DNA from: a virus
Strand: one strand, 5' to 3'
Virus record (IMG/VR): IMGVR_UViG_3300027668_000013
Coordinates: 1-64,000 of that record
DNA: 64,000 bases
Shown: piece by piece, positions 60,599-64,000 of the stretch
How the letters are laid out: the number at the start of each line of letters is the position of its first letter
Position numbering within the stretch: position 1 is the first letter of the stretch
Position numbers and translations under genes: made by a program
The notes under the pieces: model-generated
The model's database searches: none
Told to the model about the DNA's origin: nothing
Seen by the model: only the letters and a program-made list of their open reading frames with translations

Positions 60599-61888
60599 TT
60601 AGAAAGAAATTGCAGCGAATCCTAATTTAGTTCCAAAGAAACCATTAAGTTTTGCTGTAAACTTGTTGTTACCTGCAGTAGCATCAGCTTGAGCTGTTCC
60701 AGTAGGAATATAGATCTCAGTCTGAAGAGGTGCTGAGTATTGACCTTGAAAGTCTCCACCTTGTACATCTGCATGAGTAATAATAATTGAATTGTATTCT
60801 ACAGTTGGATCAACTACAGAGTTAATTCTCTTATCGTAGAATCTTCTTTTAGAAGTATCTCCGAAGTATCCTTTAGCAGCTTCTTCTCTGTCAGCAACTT
60901 GTTTCCAGTATCCTTGTCCAGGATTTCCAGCAACTTTTGTTACAGTAGCAGAAACTTGTCCAGATGCTAAATCATCAGTTGTAGAGAATACAGCGTCAAA
61001 GTTAATAAACTCATACTGATCAAATGGCTCATTAGCCGCTCTACTTACATCAGAATCCTGAGCAACAGCAGTTAATTTAAATCCAAATTCAGTAGGAACT
61101 GTTCCAGTTGAAGCAATGAATTTAATATTTGCTGCAGCAATTGTACCAGTTGCACCTTTGTAAGCTACATCTAATTTAATTTCTCCATCAGCAGTTACTG
61201 TAAACCCATATACAGGGGAAGCAACAGTAGGAGTAACTGTGTCAATTCTAACAAAACCAGTTGCACCAACTGCACCAAAAGTAACTCCAGCTTTAGCAAC
61301 CTTTGTTGATCCTTTAACTACAGCAGCAGTACCCGCAGTAGCTGCATAAGTACCATTAGATACTCTTTCTAATTTGATTTTGTCAGACATGTAATTGTCT
61401 CCATAATCTTTTTGATCAAACAAAGCTGCAATAGAATAAGCCAATTTAGCTTTATCTGTACCAGCAGCAGTGAAATTAACATCACCGATTGTTTGACGCA
61501 TTCCATTAACTCTTACAGAATCTTTTATTAAGACTCTCAATCTGTATTCTGTATCTGCAACAGCAGGAATACTTGTAGACGCTGTTCCGTTATAACCCAA
61601 GGTAACAACCTGTTCCGAAGGAGTGACTTTTCCAAGACCCTCGAACTTCGAAACAGTGTTGCCTTGAATTGGGGAAGACAGAATCGCTATACCGTCTGCA
61701 ATTCCTGCAGCGATAGTTACTTTTTCAAATCGCGGTAATGCTGCAGCAGCAGCTACAGTTGCGATTACGTTTTTACTTTCGTCTATTAGTAAAAGGTCTC
61801 CTTTTTTGATACCTGAAAGATGTGTAACTGAAGCGGTAGTAATACCATCTCCAATCAACACTCTGTTTACATTGTTGTAATTAGACAT
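60599..61888 (-). CDS. Auxiliary capsid / abundant structural protein
   Basis: Ala/Thr-rich, followed by its own terminator; PGQG.WKQV...E....GY motif; conserved position downstream of the MCP in crAss-like phages. Confidence 0.68.
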   Translation of the reverse strand: MSNYNNVNRVLIGDGITTASVTHLSGIKKGDLLLIDESKNVIATVAAAAALPRFEKVTIAAGIADGIAILSSPIQGNTVSKFEGLGKVTPSEQVVTLGYNGTASTSIPAVADTEYRLRVLIKDSVRVNGMRQTIGDVNFTAAGTDKAKLAYSIAALFDQKDYGDNYMSDKIKLERVSNGTYAATAGTAAVVKGSTKVAKAGVTFGAVGATGFVRIDTVTPTVASPVYGFTVTADGEIKLDVAYKGATGTIAAANIKFIASTGTVPTEFGFKLTAVAQDSDVSRAANEPFDQYEFINFDAVFSTTDDLASGQVSATVTKVAGNPGQGYWKQVADREEAAKGYFGDTSKRRFYDKRINSVVDPTVEYNSIIITHADVQGGDFQGQYSAPLQTEIYIPTGTAQADATAGNNKFTAKLNGFFGTKLGFAAISF

Positions 61889-61925
61889 AACTTTTAAATT
61901 TAAGATTAATAATTAAAAAAAATTT

Positions 61926-62645
61926 TTATTCAATACTCTGTGTATTCTTTACGTTTGATTGTACTCTTGGTGATTGTAGATTTTCAAGAGAAATATCTAC
62001 TGCCATTTGTACAATTTCTTTATGCATATGCTCACTTAGTTCACAATCAGTTGTTGTACTAAGATTCATTCTTATTGGTTTCTTTATAAATGTAATTAAA
62101 ACATTGCTAATAGTATCATTATCTCCAACTTGAATAAATAAATTACCTTCTTCAAAAAATCCAACAGGATTATTAGCACTTGGCTTATTAAAGGGATCGC
62201 TTCCAAGAGTATACAAATCATCTTGTTGTACTAACTTTATAGAAGATCTTGTTCCACTACAACCTGTTCCTGAAACAAATGCATCTCCTTTTATATAAAA
62301 CATGTACTCTTCTATAGCACCCGAAAGTAGTCCAACATCATTATATAAACCTCCAAGACTTAAATCTGCTTGAGAAACATTTTTTCCAACACTTGTGTAC
62401 TGAGGTACAGGAGTTAAATTTGGAAATCTTGATACAACAAGTTCTTTTAAATCATCTGTACGCTTTTGATTTTCTTCAAATCCTTTTCTATACAAATTGT
62501 TTTTACCATAGCGAGTTTTTACAACTCTGTCCATTGCCTCGTTTAAAGTGATGTCAATTTCTTCGTCCAACATTTCAGGGTATGCGTTGGAATCAACGGC
62601 ATCCCTAAATATTTTGAACTCTAAATGCATTTCGGCAATAGTCAT
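61926..62645 (-). CDS. Ring / head-tail adaptor protein
   Basis: MTIAEMH..F....D......EEID..LN.A, GFEENQKRTDDL, CELSEHMHKEIV..AV. Confidence 0.75.
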   Translation of the reverse strand: MTIAEMHLEFKIFRDAVDSNAYPEMLDEEIDITLNEAMDRVVKTRYGKNNLYRKGFEENQKRTDDLKELVVSRFPNLTPVPQYTSVGKNVSQADLSLGGLYNDVGLLSGAIEEYMFYIKGDAFVSGTGCSGTRSSIKLVQQDDLYTLGSDPFNKPSANNPVGFFEEGNLFIQVGDNDTISNVLITFIKKPIRMNLSTTTDCELSEHMHKEIVQMAVDISLENLQSPRVQSNVKNTQSIE

Positions 62646-62658
62646 TTGTTTTTATTCT

Positions 62659-63471
62659 TTACAATTTATCAATAGCTTGTTCAGCTTTCTTTAAACCAAT
62701 TAAAATGTTTTGGTTATCTTTTGATTTCAAATATGCTACTGCAGCATCAATAGAATCTCCAAGTAAAATATCATTAAATCTTAATGGTAAATTATAACCT
62801 TGTCCAACACCATCTTTACTTACAATACCTTTCTTAACTAATTTTATAATCCACACCTTGTCTTCAAAGTAAGGATCTCCAATTATTGCTAAGAATTTTG
62901 CAGGATTCTTTTCCAACTTGTCTCCAAGTAAATTTCTACAAATTTCTGGATCAGTAGTTCCTGGATAAGCACCTAACATGTATAATGCGTTGGCAACTTC
63001 GTCCTGAGTCATTGTTGCAAACTTAGCATAAGATTTTGCTACAATATCTCTTTCTTTATTTTTAGTTTTAGCTTCATCATTAGCAGTAACCATTATAAAT
63101 TCAATACCAGGCCCATTAATTTGACCTTGTGTTGTTGCAATTGTAGGATCTGCTTTTAAAGCATGATACTGCAAGTTGTGAAGTGGTACGTTTTCAGTAT
63201 CTAACTGAACACCTTCTTCTGAAATAATAATAAAAAAATTATCCCAAAAATCACCATTCATTTTCAAAGAACCTTCGTTGAGCCCTAACTCTTCTTCAAA
63301 TTTTGTTTCTTCCTTTTGTGTTAAACCTGTTCTTAATTGGCCAGTACTTTTATTTAAACCAGGAACCCATTTGGTTGCTGTATTATCATACTGTGGTTTA
63401 ACCTTACCAGTCTTTTTGTCTTTTACTCCCCATGATACTTCACGGTCATGTTTTTTTACTGTAACTATCAT
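62659..63471 (-). CDS. Conserved crAss-like virion-module protein downstream of the MCP
   Basis: TGLT..E...FE..L......FW and LG.....AV.YL...NQ patterns; position immediately after the MCP. Confidence 0.68.
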   Translation of the reverse strand: MIVTVKKHDREVSWGVKDKKTGKVKPQYDNTATKWVPGLNKSTGQLRTGLTQKEETKFEEELGLNEGSLKMNGDFWDNFFIIISEEGVQLDTENVPLHNLQYHALKADPTIATTQGQINGPGIEFIMVTANDEAKTKNKERDIVAKSYAKFATMTQDEVANALYMLGAYPGTTDPEICRNLLGDKLEKNPAKFLAIIGDPYFEDKVWIIKLVKKGIVSKDGVGQGYNLPLRFNDILLGDSIDAAVAYLKSKDNQNILIGLKKAEQAIDKL

Positions 63472-63498
63472 TTTCTGTCTTCTTTAAATTTCTTTCCC

Positions 63499-63540
63499 AA
63501 AAATAAAGGAGGGTTGGGGAAATCCCTTCCCCCTCCTTAT
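63499..63540 (-). terminator. Hairpin/terminator after the major capsid gene
   Basis: AAGGAGGG / CCCTCCTT stem with inner GGGA/TCCC; T-rich tail on the minus strand. Confidence 0.7.
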
Positions 63541-63544
63541 TATA

Positions 63545-64000
63545 TTATATTGATCTTAAGATTAATTCTCCACACGATGTTGGATCTTCAACCATGATAC
63601 CACACTGCGATAAGAAGTGAACTTCATACCCGTCAATACCACTTGACCTTTGTATACTAATTGATTTAGCAACTCCTCCATAAGGATCTGTTGAACCATT
63701 AACATGCCACATAGCCATATCTGAATCTTTCATTGCAACCTTTCGGATGTTTGCTCTACCATTCTTTCTACCGAAGTTTAAGATTGAAAATCTGTAAGAC
63801 TCAATTGGTTTTTTAGTAATTGGATGTAAATCTCTGTTTCTGATGATGTCATCATACGGAGAAAATTCCTTAACAGTCAACTCAATACCATTCATAAACG
63901 TTACCGTTCTGAAGTATCCAGTGAATCCTAATTCATCACCCTTACCTGTAATAAACGTTCCTGTATTAGTAACAGTAATGTTATTACCTTTTGCGTACTC
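63545..64000 (-). CDS. Major capsid protein, C-terminal part (gene continues beyond the window)
   Basis: Frame is open to 64000 (EYAKGNN...FTGYFRTVTFMNG); HPITKKPIESYRF and DGYEVHFLSQCGIMVEDP resemble the crAss-like MCP C-terminus. Confidence 0.85.
   Translation of the reverse strand, partial: EYAKGNNITVTNTGTFITGKGDELGFTGYFRTVTFMNGIELTVKEFSPYDDIIRNRDLHPITKKPIESYRFSILNFGRKNGRANIRKVAMKDSDMAMWHVNGSTDPYGGVAKSISIQRSSGIDGYEVHFLSQCGIMVEDPTSCGELILRSI

Noticed and set aside
15775-63487. Short + strand ORFs and same-strand alternate-frame ORFs (17747, 43393) inside the structural block
   Set aside because: They lie within or largely overlap long minus-strand genes, have no motifs and show shadow-ORF composition.
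1-64000. Stop-codon reassignment (TAG or TGA) as seen in some crAss-like phages
   Set aside because: Genes, including the 16-kb vRNAP, are intact and densely packed under the standard code; TAG and TGA occur as genuine gene ends.

Overview
This window is an internal, AT-rich segment of a crAss-like (Crassvirales-type) phage genome read in the standard genetic code. The A-rich, Shine-Dalgarno-free leaders and a TAnnTTTG element suggest a Bacteroidota host. Two gene blocks converge on a bidirectional terminator at about 15365-15399. The + strand block (1-15360) covers replication, recombination, repair and counter-defence: SF2 helicase, DnaB, Sak4-like ATPase, probable SSB, primase, rIIA/rIIB, RusA-like resolvase, MazG-like NTP-PPase, PD-(D/E)XK exonuclease and a spore-photoproduct-lyase-like radical SAM enzyme. 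The - strand block (64000 to 15429) is the virion module: the 3' end of the major capsid gene, capsid/ring/IHF-like proteins, a muzzle/stabilisation protein, four ejected cargo proteins including a 5322-aa virion RNA polymerase (DFDID motif), tail fibres, a lysis cassette and a GT25 glycosyltransferase. The most notable candidates are: (1) an enzyme-loaded ejectosome, with the vRNAP carrying HExxH, GSN..G.HG.GAA and RecB-like nuclease domains and two neighbouring cargo proteins carrying different peptidoglycan hydrolases, plus a terminal Cys/Cys junction and repeated Y-x-[ED]-G motifs; (2) an unannotated ~180-nt structured RNA closed by a perfect 13-bp inverted repeat directly upstream of the SPL-like gene, and two further structured intergenic RNAs. 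All calls come from reading motifs by eye; no database search or folding program was run.
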